A stretch of 64,000 nucleotides of DNA, taken from positions 67,591 through 131,590 of the forward strand of contig JAGXSC010000044.1 of the NCBI GenBank assembly GCA_018334075.1. Reading direction: 5' to 3'. This document shows, piece after piece, positions 1-10,080 of the stretch; position 1 is the stretch's first letter, and each line of letters begins with the position of its first letter. The notes beneath the pieces are model-generated. The model was not told where the DNA came from and made no database searches. It was given only the letters and a program-made list of their open reading frames with translations. The stretch is from Actinomycetota bacterium (GTDB taxonomy: Bacteria > Actinomycetota > Coriobacteriia > Anaerosomatales > UBA912). A program made the translations under genes and the position numbers.

Positions 1-411
1 TATGAAAGCTACGATTGCGATTACCTGGAACACGGTTTTTGCTTTCCCGAAATTCCCCGCCGATATGGTCCTCCCCTCGGCCATTGCAACCATTCGCAGG
101 CCGGTGACGATGAACTCGCGCGATATTATCACCAGTGCGACCCACGCAGGAACGGTCCCGAGTTCAACCATCGAGACAAGCGCAGCGGTTACAAGTAGCT
201 TGTCGGCGAGGGGGTCGATTAGCTTTCCAAACGTTGTGACTTGATTGCGAGTTCGCGCGAGATATCCATCGACCGCATCGGTTGCCGCAAGTACCGTGAA
301 TAGCCCCGCGGCCCACCAGGGACCCCAGTCAGGCAATCTTGCGAGCAGTATCACCACGACTCCAGGTATGAAGACCATTCTGGCGATGGTTATTCGATTT
401 GCCCAGTTCAT
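1..411 (-). CDS. pgsA: CDP-diacylglycerol--glycerol-3-phosphate 3-phosphatidyltransferase (partial; C-terminus lies beyond window start)
   Basis: Not in the ORF track because it runs off the window. My minus-strand translation from ATG at 411 reads MNWANRITIARMVFIPGVVV...TDAVDGYLARTRNQVTTFGKLIDPLADK..., the CDP-alcohol phosphatidyltransferase motif DG-x2-AR-x8-G-x3-D-x3-D. The frame is open to position 1. Confidence 0.85.
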   Translation of the reverse strand, partial: MNWANRITIARMVFIPGVVVILLARLPDWGPWWAAGLFTVLAATDAVDGYLARTRNQVTTFGKLIDPLADKLLVTAALVSMVELGTVPAWVALVIISREFIVTGLRMVAMAEGRTISAGNFGKAKTVFQVIAIVAFI

Positions 412-427
412 AGGCGCACGCACTATC

Positions 428-1762
428 TCAGATCACCTCTCCGACAAGGTCATATCCTATTGTGTCGACAATCTTAACATCAACAATCTGGCCGATTGGC
501 ACCTCGCGGTCGAGAAAGACAATCCCATCCACCTCAGGCGCCTGGCCCATCCATCTGCCGACGGGAGAGCCGTCTTCGTCGCGTCCCTCTGCCAGCACAT
601 CTACTGTCGTGCCGATTCGTTTTGCGATCTGCTCGAGAGCGAGACTGTCAGCAAGATCACGTAGATGCTGAGCCCTGCTGAGTCGCACCTTCGAGCTGGC
701 CTGGTTTGGCATCTCGGCTGCGAGTGTGCCTGCTTCACGAGAATACGGAAATACCCCAACATAATCAAAGGCTGCATCCTCAACGAACTCAAGCAGCTCG
801 TTGTAGTGCTTTTTTGTTTCTCCCGGAAAGCCGGTGATGAATGTAGTTCTAAGCACGATATCGGGTATCGTGCCTCGGATTTTTTCGAGGAGTGCCATAA
901 AGGATTTCGAAGACCCATTGCGGTGCATCGAGCGCAAGATCTCTGAAGAAGCGTGCTGCAGTGGAATGTCCAAATATTTACACACATTGCGGGTCTTTGC
1001 GATCAACTCAAGAAGCTCATCGGTGATGCCGTCGGGCTGCACATACATCAGCCGTAGCCACTCCAGGCCTGGCAATGCCGAGATATCTCTGATCACGTCG
1101 AGAAGCGTTTGGCTACCTTCGAGGTCACAGCCCCAAGATGATATGTCCTGGCCGATAAGGATTATCTCTCTCGCCCCGTTTTGCACCAGGAGGCGCGCTT
1201 CGTCGACAATGGCCTCAAGCGGTTTTGATTCGTAGGGTCCACGAATCATCGGAATCGTGCAGTAAGCGCACTGCCGGCGACACCCATCACTGATCATCAG
1301 ATACGCAAAGTGCGACGGAGTCCCCGATCGCTTGATCGTCGGTATCGCAGGGTGGGCCTGTCGGTCTATGCCTAGAAGCTCATCGAGGACTTCTGGTAGT
1401 CGGGTCGCTTCTTTCACGGCGAGGTAAGCGTCCGGCTCCGGCAGGGACTTACTGAGCTCCCCCCCATACCGTGAGACCATGCATCCAGCCATCACCAGTT
1501 TTCGGCCGAGAACGCCATCGCGCCATTCAAGTAGATCAAGGGCCTCGGCGATCGACTCTTCCACGGCATCCTGAATGAACCCGCACGTATTGAGAACAGC
1601 GACATCGGCCTGCGCAAGGTCATCGGTCACAGTGTATCCCGAAGAGAGCAAGAGTCCGTGCATGTAGTCGGTGTCCACCTCGTTTTTTGGGCATCCCAGG
1701 GTTATGAAGTGCACACGTGGCGCATCACCAACGCGCGAAAGAAGATCGATCCTGTCGGTCAT
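428..1762 (-). CDS. rimO: Ribosomal protein S12 methylthiotransferase RimO (radical SAM MTTase)
   Basis: 444 aa. MTTase N-domain (VHFITLGCPKNEVD), radical-SAM CRRQCAYC (Cx3Cx2C) and a C-terminal TRAM domain. The size and N-terminus fit RimO better than MiaB. The ATG shares one nt with the yajQ stop (TGATG). Confidence 0.82.
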   Translation of the reverse strand: MTDRIDLLSRVGDAPRVHFITLGCPKNEVDTDYMHGLLLSSGYTVTDDLAQADVAVLNTCGFIQDAVEESIAEALDLLEWRDGVLGRKLVMAGCMVSRYGGELSKSLPEPDAYLAVKEATRLPEVLDELLGIDRQAHPAIPTIKRSGTPSHFAYLMISDGCRRQCAYCTIPMIRGPYESKPLEAIVDEARLLVQNGAREIILIGQDISSWGCDLEGSQTLLDVIRDISALPGLEWLRLMYVQPDGITDELLELIAKTRNVCKYLDIPLQHASSEILRSMHRNGSSKSFMALLEKIRGTIPDIVLRTTFITGFPGETKKHYNELLEFVEDAAFDYVGVFPYSREAGTLAAEMPNQASSKVRLSRAQHLRDLADSLALEQIAKRIGTTVDVLAEGRDEDGSPVGRWMGQAPEVDGIVFLDREVPIGQIVDVKIVDTIGYDLVGEVI

Positions 1763-2259
1763 CAGCGGTAGTTGGTGAACTGAAGCGGGATGGAGTAGTC
1801 GTTGCCCTTCAGAAAGGCAATAACTTCCTGCAGCTCATCGCGCTTCTGGCCAAAGACCCTCACCTTGTCGCCTTCGATCTGAACTTTCACCTTGAACTTT
1901 TGATCACGGATCTCTTTGTTGATGCGCCGGGCGATATCCGCTTCGATTCCATTGACGATCGTTGCGGTGACCCTAACGGTGCCACCGGAGGCGGTTTGCG
2001 GAGCCGCCCATACAAGGGACTGAAGATCTATACCGCGCTTTATCAGCTTGGAGCCGAGAATATCCCTGACTTGACCTGCGATAAAATCGCTCGGCGCCGA
2101 TAACGTTATTATCCCCTTGCTTTTATCCAGCGACAGCGACGACCCGGTGTCCTTCAGATCGTATCGCTGCAAAAGCTCCTTCGCACTCTGCTGGACAGCG
2201 TTGTCCACCTCTTGCATGTCAACCTGGCTAACGATGTCGAAACTTTGTTCTTTTGCCAT
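1762..2259 (-). CDS. yajQ: YajQ family (UPF0234) nucleotide / cyclic-di-GMP-binding protein
   Basis: 165 aa, MAKEQSFDIVSQVDMQEVDNAV... Length and sequence are typical of the YajQ family. Confidence 0.85.
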   Translation of the reverse strand: MAKEQSFDIVSQVDMQEVDNAVQQSAKELLQRYDLKDTGSSLSLDKSKGIITLSAPSDFIAGQVRDILGSKLIKRGIDLQSLVWAAPQTASGGTVRVTATIVNGIEADIARRINKEIRDQKFKVKVQIEGDKVRVFGQKRDELQEVIAFLKGNDYSIPLQFTNYR

Positions 2260-2306
2260 CTGTTGGTACCTCCAACTCGTGTTATTTGATGCAAATGCAA
2301 GTCAGC

Positions 2307-3113
2307 TTATCGCCGAGAAACCTCATCGTTGGTTATGGTGACCTCAGGCGTACCTGCGCCGCCCGCTGGGATCTCGACGAGCTCATCGTCGCGAAATATC
2401 TTCACAGATCCTGGTCGGCCGATTTCAAGTGTTGCCTGATCAAGCACTTCCCACACCATTTCATCATTTGGGGTCAGAATGCCTTCATACGCTATCAAGT
2501 CGTCAACTCTGATCTTGAGCCACGAAGAGGATCCCTGAGCGATTTCAACGCGCAATGTGAATGGGTCGGTAGGTAAAGCCGAATCAGTTGGGGTGGATTG
2601 CCGAGATGGCTCAGCAACAGGCGTGCTAACCTCTGTGATGGGCGGAGAGGTCGGCTCGGCTGAGACAGGAGCGGTAGGTTCGGTTGAGACAGGAACGGTA
2701 GGAAGCGGCGACAACGGCTCTGGCCCGCGAGTTAGTCTTTGCGTCCCAATTGCGAAAACTGCAATAACGATTACGACGATAGCGATTATCGCAATGGCTC
2801 TTGCGGGTACCGCCGACTGTGGCGCCCTGATCTCTTTTCTGGGCCTCACGCCTTCAAGTTTATTTTTGTCTTGGGCGGGCGCCATCTCGAGTTCGAGCAG
2901 CTGAAGGAGGTCAGCGGCGTCCAGGTTCAGGTACTTGCAGTAGGCGATCAGATACCCTCGAACGTAAGCATAGTTCGGTAAAGCATCGTAGTCGCCATTC
3001 TCGAGCGCCGCCAGGTATTTTGCTCGAACAAGGGTAGCGTTTTCAGCGTCCCGAAGTGAAACTTCGAGAGCGCGTCGGGCGGAGGCTAGGCGCTTTCCGA
3101 GAGAGTCAGACAT
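2307..3113 (-). CDS. RodZ-like membrane protein (XRE-type HTH + TM helix + Pro/Thr/Ser linker + DUF4115-like C-domain)
   Basis: 268 aa. N-terminal HTH (LGKRLASARRALEVSLRDAENATLVRAKYLAALENGDY), one TM helix (AIAIIAIVVIVIAVFAIG), a repetitive P/T/S/E linker and a C-terminal beta-rich domain. Confidence 0.7.
   Translation of the reverse strand: MSDSLGKRLASARRALEVSLRDAENATLVRAKYLAALENGDYDALPNYAYVRGYLIAYCKYLNLDAADLLQLLELEMAPAQDKNKLEGVRPRKEIRAPQSAVPARAIAIIAIVVIVIAVFAIGTQRLTRGPEPLSPLPTVPVSTEPTAPVSAEPTSPPITEVSTPVAEPSRQSTPTDSALPTDPFTLRVEIAQGSSSWLKIRVDDLIAYEGILTPNDEMVWEVLDQATLEIGRPGSVKIFRDDELVEIPAGGAGTPEVTITNDEVSRR
2655..2702. repeat. Two tandem copies of a 24-bp unit (21/24 identical) inside the RodZ-like linker
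   Basis: 2655-2678 ctcggctgagacaggagcggtagg and 2679-2702 ttcggttgagacaggaacggtagg. They encode the repeated PTAPVSAE / PTVPVSTE peptide on the minus strand. Confidence 0.8.
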
Positions 3114-3116
3114 CGC

Positions 3117-5366
3117 TTATCGCTCACCTTGTGTCGCGTCGTGGTGCTCGAATGCCCTCACAGCTTCAAGGCCCTCCACATCAACAAGGACCTCTCTTGG
3201 ACGGCTGCCATCCGGCAGACCGACGATTCCGCGAGCCTCAAGCATGTCCATTATTCTTCCCGCGCGAGCGTATCCGACCTTCAGTCGTCTTTGCAGCAGT
3301 GACGTTGAGCCCATGCCGCTGGTCACAACGATGTCTGCGGCCTCCCACAGCAAAGGGTCCTCATCGCCCGATGAGTCTATGCCCCCGCCCTGAGCCGAGA
3401 CCTTTACTCGCAGGATTTCATCGCGATACTCCGGCTCAGCTTGCGATTTTAGATGTTCGACCATCTGCAATATTTCATCTTCGGAGATGTAGGCGCCCTG
3501 AATTCGCTTTGGTTTGGGCCAGGCGGGCACGGAGAAGAGCATATCGCCGAGACCAACGAGTTTCTCGGCGCCAGGCTGGTCGAGAATGACCCTACTGTCG
3601 ATGCTGCTGCCTACCGCAAACGCTATGCGGTTTGTGATGTTGGTTTTTATCAAGCCGGTGATGATGTCGGTACTAGGCCTTTGAGTGGCGACGATAAGAT
3701 GAATTCCAGCTGCCCTGGCGAGCTGAGCGAGGCGGCATATCGAATCTTCGACCTCTTTAGCGGCTACCATCATCAGATCAGCTAGCTCATCGATGACTAT
3801 GACGATATAGGGCATCTCCTCGGCGTCTTCTTGCAGCTTATTGTCGTGAAGCATCGCATTGTACATACCGATATTGCGCGCTCCCGCGGCCTGAAGCAGC
3901 TTCAGGCGTCTTTCCATCTCCTGAACCGACCATGCAAGCGCGCTTGCAGATTCTTTCGCCTCGGTGACCACCGGGACGTAGAGGTGAGGAATTCCATTGT
4001 ACAAAGACAGTTCTATCCGCTTGGGATCGATCAGGATCAGCCGGCACTCACTTGGGGTGGCACGCATCAGGATTCCGGAGAGCAACGCGTTGATGCATAC
4101 AGATTTGCCAGTGCCTGTCGACCCGGCGATGAGAAGATGCGGCATAGTGGCAAGATCCGCAAGTACCGCCTCTCCGGAGACGTCCTTACCTACTCCCAGC
4201 AGCAACGGACTGCTTGATGTAGATGGCGCAGAGCAAAGCACATCGCCTAGAGTGACTGTTGATCTGCGAACGTTTGGAACCTCGATACCAACCCGAGACT
4301 TGCCGGGAATTGGCGCGAGAATGCGTACCGTGGAGGCTGCCAGCGACAGAGCGATATCATCGGCTAGCGTTGTGATTCTGTTGACCTTGAGCCCTTTTGG
4401 TAGCTCCAGCTCAAACATCGTAACGGTCGGACCTGCGACCCAATGAACGACTTTCACTGGAATATCGAAAGTCGCAAGAGTCTCCTCGATCAAGGCGGCA
4501 GTAGCTGTCATCTCTCGCTCTGAAGATCGGTGATGCGAGGCGGTTTCACTGGTTCGGGCCAATATCTTGAATGGCGGCAGCTCAAAGCCCTCCATCGCTC
4601 TGGGGGCGGCGATGCGAGGTGACGGGATGGTTTTCCTGCGACGCTCGGGATCTTCAAATCCATTTCTTGACTCAGAGATAGCTTTTGAATCGGCTAGTTC
4701 CGATTGAGTTTCCCGGTCAGCACTTGATTCTTTTAGCCGAACAGTCTTGTCCCTGGGTAAACGAGACCGATTCGGCGTGTCGTCCTCGGGTATTTTTGAG
4801 CGATATATCCCCATAACCCAGTCGAGCGCCTTTGTGATTGATAGCCCGGTGATCACGAGGCCGACCAGGAGTAGTGCTGATAAGAGCACATAAGAGATGG
4901 CTGTACCTACAAGGTTTGTAAACGACCACGAAATGGATGCGCCCAAATACCCGCCGTAAGCGGAGAGTGTTTCATGGGACCAGAAGGTAGCCGAGGGTGC
5001 TGACAGGCTGATAAGGGAGATCAAAGCAAGGAAGAGCACTAGTAGGCCGATGCCTATCCGCAACTTTGCAACTGAAAAAGACTTGATGAAAAAAGTAATA
5101 CCCCAAAACAACAGGAGCACCGGCCAGACATACGCCCCATCGCCGAATCCAAGAAGCATCGCCTGGCTGATGTACTTGCCAACGATGCCGGTTCCCTCGG
5201 CTAGTAGCGCGATAAGCAGCGCAATTGCGCTTGCACACATCACGATGCCATAGATGTCACTCCGCGAATCGGCATCAAGCGTAAATGTGGATTTCACTTC
5301 AGCCTGGCGCTTCGATGCCATCTTCGGTTGTTTTCTGCCTGCGGCAGGCTTGTGGTTAGGTGCCAT
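3117..5366 (-). CDS. ftsK: DNA translocase FtsK/SpoIIIE
   Basis: 749 aa. N-terminal TM helices, a linker, Walker A GSTGTGKS, Walker B IVIVIDELADL and a C-terminal gamma wHTH (STSLLQRRLKVGYARAGRIMDMLE). Confidence 0.95.
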   Translation of the reverse strand: MAPNHKPAAGRKQPKMASKRQAEVKSTFTLDADSRSDIYGIVMCASAIALLIALLAEGTGIVGKYISQAMLLGFGDGAYVWPVLLLFWGITFFIKSFSVAKLRIGIGLLVLFLALISLISLSAPSATFWSHETLSAYGGYLGASISWSFTNLVGTAISYVLLSALLLVGLVITGLSITKALDWVMGIYRSKIPEDDTPNRSRLPRDKTVRLKESSADRETQSELADSKAISESRNGFEDPERRRKTIPSPRIAAPRAMEGFELPPFKILARTSETASHHRSSEREMTATAALIEETLATFDIPVKVVHWVAGPTVTMFELELPKGLKVNRITTLADDIALSLAASTVRILAPIPGKSRVGIEVPNVRRSTVTLGDVLCSAPSTSSSPLLLGVGKDVSGEAVLADLATMPHLLIAGSTGTGKSVCINALLSGILMRATPSECRLILIDPKRIELSLYNGIPHLYVPVVTEAKESASALAWSVQEMERRLKLLQAAGARNIGMYNAMLHDNKLQEDAEEMPYIVIVIDELADLMMVAAKEVEDSICRLAQLARAAGIHLIVATQRPSTDIITGLIKTNITNRIAFAVGSSIDSRVILDQPGAEKLVGLGDMLFSVPAWPKPKRIQGAYISEDEILQMVEHLKSQAEPEYRDEILRVKVSAQGGGIDSSGDEDPLLWEAADIVVTSGMGSTSLLQRRLKVGYARAGRIMDMLEARGIVGLPDGSRPREVLVDVEGLEAVRAFEHHDATQGER

Positions 5367-5401
5367 TTCTTACCTGACTAAAAGTTCGTTTAGGCTGCTA
5401 C

Positions 5402-6205
5402 TTATGCCACCATTTGCCAGATTATCACGCTTATACCAATGATAGCTGTGTATATGGAGAAAACGGTGAACGAATACTTCTTGATGAAACTCATGAGTCC
5501 TGCGATGGCGAGATACCCGGTTACGGCCGAGGCAATAAATCCGGCCATGAGCGCTATAGGACCAGGTAGAGTTTCTCCTAAAGCGAAGACATCGTAAGCC
5601 TGCTTTGCTGAGGCAAGAAGAATGACGGGGACTGACAGGAGAAACGAGAAGCGCGCGGCTTGCTCCCGCGTGAGTCCCATGCTCAATCCAGCTGCGATAG
5701 TAGCGCCGGAACGAGAGATTCCTGGCATTATCGCCAGGCCCTGAGCTACCCCGATGACAACGGCCTGCAGCCATCCTAAGCGCAATGACTGGCTTTTTGG
5801 CACACCGGAAAAGCGATCCGTGGCTGCAAGCATGATGGATGTGATCAGGAATGCGACACCAATATATAAGGTTGGCACGTACTCGAACCAGTCAGCACCC
5901 GCCAATCCGATAAGACCGGTTGGAATCGTAGCAATGACAATAAGCGTCAGAAGGTGCCGATCCTCTTTTCGCTCTTCTGACCTCGTGAATAAAGACATTC
6001 CCATGTGGAGCAGGTCTTTTCGGAAGTAAACGACCACGGAGAGCAGGGTGGCAATGTGTAAAAACACATCAAATGCCAGTCCAAACTGTTCGGTCACACC
6101 AAATAGATCCTGCACGATCCTGAGATGACCTGAGGATGATATGGGAAGAAACTCTGCGATGCCCTGAAGAATCCCAAAGCCTATGGCCTGTAGTACCTCT
6201 ATCAT
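5402..6205 (-). CDS. uppP: Undecaprenyl-diphosphate phosphatase (BacA/UppP)
   Basis: 267-aa polytopic membrane protein with the EFLPISSSGHL and PGISRSG motifs. Confidence 0.9.
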   Translation of the reverse strand: MIEVLQAIGFGILQGIAEFLPISSSGHLRIVQDLFGVTEQFGLAFDVFLHIATLLSVVVYFRKDLLHMGMSLFTRSEERKEDRHLLTLIVIATIPTGLIGLAGADWFEYVPTLYIGVAFLITSIMLAATDRFSGVPKSQSLRLGWLQAVVIGVAQGLAIMPGISRSGATIAAGLSMGLTREQAARFSFLLSVPVILLASAKQAYDVFALGETLPGPIALMAGFIASAVTGYLAIAGLMSFIKKYSFTVFSIYTAIIGISVIIWQMVA

Positions 6206-6208
6206 CTA

Positions 6209-7876
6209 TCAGGCCTCCACCACAACAGGAATGATCATTGGACGGCGTCGGACTTGCTCCCACAAGAACTGTGACAGTGACTCTCGGACCGCACTCGCGA
6301 TCACAGCTTTGTCCACAACAGTGGCTTTCGCCGTTTTCTCCAGGGTTTTGGTGATCCGGGCTCGGGCCTCTACTAGCAGATGGTCGCCTTCCGAAACGGT
6401 GACGCCTCTCATTATCAGCTCAATATCACCGAGCACTTTGCCCGAGGAGGCGTCGATCGCAATTACAACCGTAGCGATGCCGTCTCGTGCAAGAAGCTGT
6501 CTGTCGCGAAGCACAACACTTCCTACATCCCCAACTCCAAGCCCATCAACGTATACGATGCCGGCATCAACTTTCGTCCCCATGCGAACGCCACTGTCGG
6601 ATATCTCAAGACAATCGCCGTTTTCGAGCATAAAGATGCTTTCTTTGGCAATCCCAACCGAGCGCGCAGTGGCTGCGTGGGCGTGAAGATGCCTGGATTC
6701 GCCGTGGATGGGCACAAAATACTTCGGATTGGTGAGGTTTAGCATCAACTTCAGTTCCTCTGACGCCGCATGCCCCGAGACGTGGACCGGCGCCGAGCCG
6801 CGATGCTTGACGTGGGCGCCGAGCTTTACAAGTCGGTTGATAACCCTGCCGACTGCCTTCTCGTTTCCAGGTACGGGCGAGGCCGATATTATGACGGTGT
6901 CGTTGGGTTCAATCTGTACAGCGCGGTGTTCGCCGTTGGCCATGCGTGCCAGTGCCGAGAGGGGCTCTCCTTGACTTCCAGTCGACAGGACACAGACCTT
7001 TTTCGGGGAAAGTTTGCCCATGGAGTAGGCATCGACGATATCCTTCTCGTCTACCTTCAGATAGCCTAAAGTTCTTGCGATCTTTATGTTGTTTACCATC
7101 GATCGGCCCGTGACAACTACTTTTCTGCCGCAAGCGACAGCGGCATCACAAACTTGCTGAACCCTGTGGACGTGGCTGGAGAACGAGGCAACTATAACCC
7201 TTTGCTCAGCCTCGGACATGATCTTTTGCAAGGTGGGCCCGATGGTGGATTCAGATTGAGTGATCCCGGGGGCCTCGGCATTTGTGGAGTCGCTCATGAG
7301 CAGCAACACACCTTGCTTGCCGAGTTTGGCTAACTCTTGGTAGTCGGTGAGCCGACCGTCAACAGGCGTTTGGTCGAACTTGAAATCCCCCGTATGCAAG
7401 ACGTTGCCGAACGGAGTTCTGATAACGACCGCTACGCTGTCGGGGATCGAGTGATTTACCGCGATAAAGTCAAAACCGAGTCCACCGAGGTTGACGTGCA
7501 CGCCTGAGCGGATCTCACGGAGTTTGGCTTTGCGGATTCCATGCTCTTCAAGTTTGCCCTTGATAAGACCGAGTGTAAGCTTGGTTCCAAGAACGGGAAC
7601 TTTGTCTCCAAGCTCTTTGAGTAAGTATGGGAGCGCGCCAGTATGGTCTTCGTGACCGTGGGTGATGATTATGCCTCTTAGTTTGTCGCGCCTTTTCAGG
7701 ACGTACGAAAAATCAGGAAGTATAAGATCCACTCCCGGATGATCGGCATCGGGAAACATGATGCCCGCATCTACGACGACCATGTCCGAGCCGCACTCAA
7801 ATACGGTCATATTTTTGCCTATCTCATCAAGCCCGCCGAGCGGGATGACGCGAAGGCGATTCTTTTTCTGTGTCAT
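6209..7876 (-). CDS. rnj: Ribonuclease J
   Basis: 555 aa. Metallo-beta-lactamase motif HGHEDH, beta-CASP and C-terminal domains. The N-terminus IPLGGLDEIGKNM is typical of RNase J. It follows dapA, as in Bacillus and mycobacteria. Confidence 0.93.
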   Translation of the reverse strand: MTQKKNRLRVIPLGGLDEIGKNMTVFECGSDMVVVDAGIMFPDADHPGVDLILPDFSYVLKRRDKLRGIIITHGHEDHTGALPYLLKELGDKVPVLGTKLTLGLIKGKLEEHGIRKAKLREIRSGVHVNLGGLGFDFIAVNHSIPDSVAVVIRTPFGNVLHTGDFKFDQTPVDGRLTDYQELAKLGKQGVLLLMSDSTNAEAPGITQSESTIGPTLQKIMSEAEQRVIVASFSSHVHRVQQVCDAAVACGRKVVVTGRSMVNNIKIARTLGYLKVDEKDIVDAYSMGKLSPKKVCVLSTGSQGEPLSALARMANGEHRAVQIEPNDTVIISASPVPGNEKAVGRVINRLVKLGAHVKHRGSAPVHVSGHAASEELKLMLNLTNPKYFVPIHGESRHLHAHAATARSVGIAKESIFMLENGDCLEISDSGVRMGTKVDAGIVYVDGLGVGDVGSVVLRDRQLLARDGIATVVIAIDASSGKVLGDIELIMRGVTVSEGDHLLVEARARITKTLEKTAKATVVDKAVIASAVRESLSQFLWEQVRRRPMIIPVVVEA

Positions 7877-7884
7877 ACCTTTAT

Positions 7885-8793
7885 CTATGACTCCTTTTCT
7901 GTGTGAATAATGCCAAGTTTTTGCAGTACAAAGGCGAGCTCGGCGGTTTGAGATTCGGTGGCCTCAATCAGAGGCAACCGCACCTGTCCCACAGGGAATC
8001 CGCAAAGCGCTAACGCCTTTTTGATCATGATCGGATTGGCCGTCATGAACAAGGTTTTCATTAGTGGGAGCAGCTCGATATGAATCCTGAGCGCCCGCGT
8101 GTGGTCGCCTGCTACCTGAGCGAGGATCATCTCCTTGAAGCGCTGGCCCGCTATATTCGAGATCACCGAGATTACCCCGGTTCCACCGGTAGCCATCATC
8201 GGAAGGGCAAGTTCATCGTCACCGGCTAAAACTTCGAAGCCCTTCGGGGCTTCCGCAATTATGGCAGCGGCCTGCGTCAAGTCGGAGTTAGCCTGTTTCA
8301 CAGCGACGATGTTCTCGCAATCGTGCGCCAGGCGAAGAATTGTCTCCGGCTCCATGTTGATTACACATCTCGCGGGTATGTTGTAGAGGATCACCGGTAC
8401 GCTGACGGCTTCGGCGATTGCCCTAAAGTGCCGGTAAAGCCCTTCCTGCGGGGGCTTGTTGTAGTACGGCACCACAGCCATTATCGCGTCAACACCTAGC
8501 GCCTCGACTTCACGGGCGAACTTCACCGAATCATCGGTGCAGTTGTCTCCAGCGTTGGCTATGACAGGTACTCTGCCCGCCACAGATTCAATAATCGCAC
8601 GAAACAGATCGAGTTTTTGGTCATAAAAGATCGTCGGAGACTCCCCTGTCGTGCCACAAACCACTAGGGCGTCGGAGTTCTCGAGGAGGAGTTTCTCGGC
8701 GAGCTCGGCGGCTCTTGATAGGTCAAGCGAGCCGTCATCGGTAAATGGGGTTACCATTGCGGTGATCATCCGGCCAAAGCGAGGGTTACTCAT
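7885..8793 (-). CDS. dapA: 4-hydroxy-tetrahydrodipicolinate synthase
   Basis: 302 aa. DapA/NAL-family TIM barrel (VTPF..DGSLD, CGTTGES, YYNKP, VAVKQAN). It lies in a dapB-ask-dapA cluster. Confidence 0.92.
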   Translation of the reverse strand: MSNPRFGRMITAMVTPFTDDGSLDLSRAAELAEKLLLENSDALVVCGTTGESPTIFYDQKLDLFRAIIESVAGRVPVIANAGDNCTDDSVKFAREVEALGVDAIMAVVPYYNKPPQEGLYRHFRAIAEAVSVPVILYNIPARCVINMEPETILRLAHDCENIVAVKQANSDLTQAAAIIAEAPKGFEVLAGDDELALPMMATGGTGVISVISNIAGQRFKEMILAQVAGDHTRALRIHIELLPLMKTLFMTANPIMIKKALALCGFPVGQVRLPLIEATESQTAELAFVLQKLGIIHTEKES

Positions 8794-8836
8794 CTTTACT
8801 CTCTCCTATCTTGCAGGCCGCCGGGAGTGCAGCCGA

Positions 8837-10072
8837 TCATCGTGGGGTTCCAAGATCAAAACCATCGTGCAACGCTTTGAGTGCTTTTTCGATGTCGCTT
8901 GAGGGGATTACAACGGAAATCGTGGCATGGCTGTCAGCGGTCTGAATTACACTTACATCAGCAGCGTACAGACATTCCGCGATTTTGGCCATAACTCCGG
9001 GGACACCGTGCATTCCAGCCCCAACGAGGGTGACCTTGGATAGCTCGCAGCGGGTTGTATAGGTAAAGCCGAGCGAATCCAGGACCTCGCACACTGAGGT
9101 TTTCGCACTGCTTGAAACCGTGAACAGCAAGGAGCTTTCAGCGGGAGTGAACATGTCAAGAGAGATTCCCGCATCGGCGAGAGAACGATAGACCTTGGAC
9201 TGAGCGGCCATGTTCTGACTACTACCAGCGACTGAGCCGAGATCGACGCTAACCCTGACGATATTCTCACTGTGCGACAGCGCAGTAGCAACTGCACGGG
9301 GGGCGTAGTCGGAGATGCTAACGACCATTGTTCCGCGCTCGTCAGTAAATGTGTTACGAACCGACAGCCCAAGATGCGAGGCCAAAGCAAGCTCGGCCGC
9401 CGGCGCGTGGACAACCCGTGAGCCATGCCTGGCAAGCTGGTAAAGTTCGTCGGATCCGATAACCTCTAGCGTGACCGCACTATCGCACGCTCTTGGATCA
9501 GCTGTCGCGATACCGTCGACATCGGTATAGATCTCAACCGACTCGGCATTGAGGGCAACGCCTAAAGCGCACGCGGTCGTATCGCTGCCGCCTCTGCCTA
9601 GGGTCGTAACGTAACCGGAGCGAGAAAGTCCCTGAAATCCCGCCACAACAGGAACGACCCTTTCAGATATGGCCTCTTTCAGCAGGTGCGGATAGATCTC
9701 TATGACAGATGCGTTGCCGTGCAGGTCGTCAGTGACTATACCGGCCTGCGTGCCGGAGAGCGCTTGCGCCTCAATGCCGGATGCCCGAAGTTCGTGAGCA
9801 AGTAGAACCGCTGAGATAAGCTCTCCGGTTGACATTAGAATGTCTTGCTCGCGTAGGTCAGGCGGGAAAGACTCCACGAGCGAGAGAAGTGTATCCGTGG
9901 AGTACGGCGATCCCGCTCGGCCCATCGCGCTGACCACAACCACAGGTGCTTTCCCATCTGAGATCGCTTCCTTGACTCGGCGTGCGACAGCATCTCTGCC
10001 GTGCTTTTCGGCGACGGATGTTCCTCCGAACTTCATTACAACGATGCGAGAATCGGTCGATTGTTCTTTCAT
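8837..10072 (-). CDS. lysC: Aspartate kinase (monofunctional, ACT-domain regulated)
   Basis: 411 aa. Amino-acid kinase fold starting VVMKFGGTSV, with a C-terminal tandem ACT region. Flanked by dapB and dapA. Confidence 0.9.
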   Translation of the reverse strand: MKEQSTDSRIVVMKFGGTSVAEKHGRDAVARRVKEAISDGKAPVVVVSAMGRAGSPYSTDTLLSLVESFPPDLREQDILMSTGELISAVLLAHELRASGIEAQALSGTQAGIVTDDLHGNASVIEIYPHLLKEAISERVVPVVAGFQGLSRSGYVTTLGRGGSDTTACALGVALNAESVEIYTDVDGIATADPRACDSAVTLEVIGSDELYQLARHGSRVVHAPAAELALASHLGLSVRNTFTDERGTMVVSISDYAPRAVATALSHSENIVRVSVDLGSVAGSSQNMAAQSKVYRSLADAGISLDMFTPAESSLLFTVSSSAKTSVCEVLDSLGFTYTTRCELSKVTLVGAGMHGVPGVMAKIAECLYAADVSVIQTADSHATISVVIPSSDIEKALKALHDGFDLGTPR

Positions 10073-10080
10073 TGGTACTC

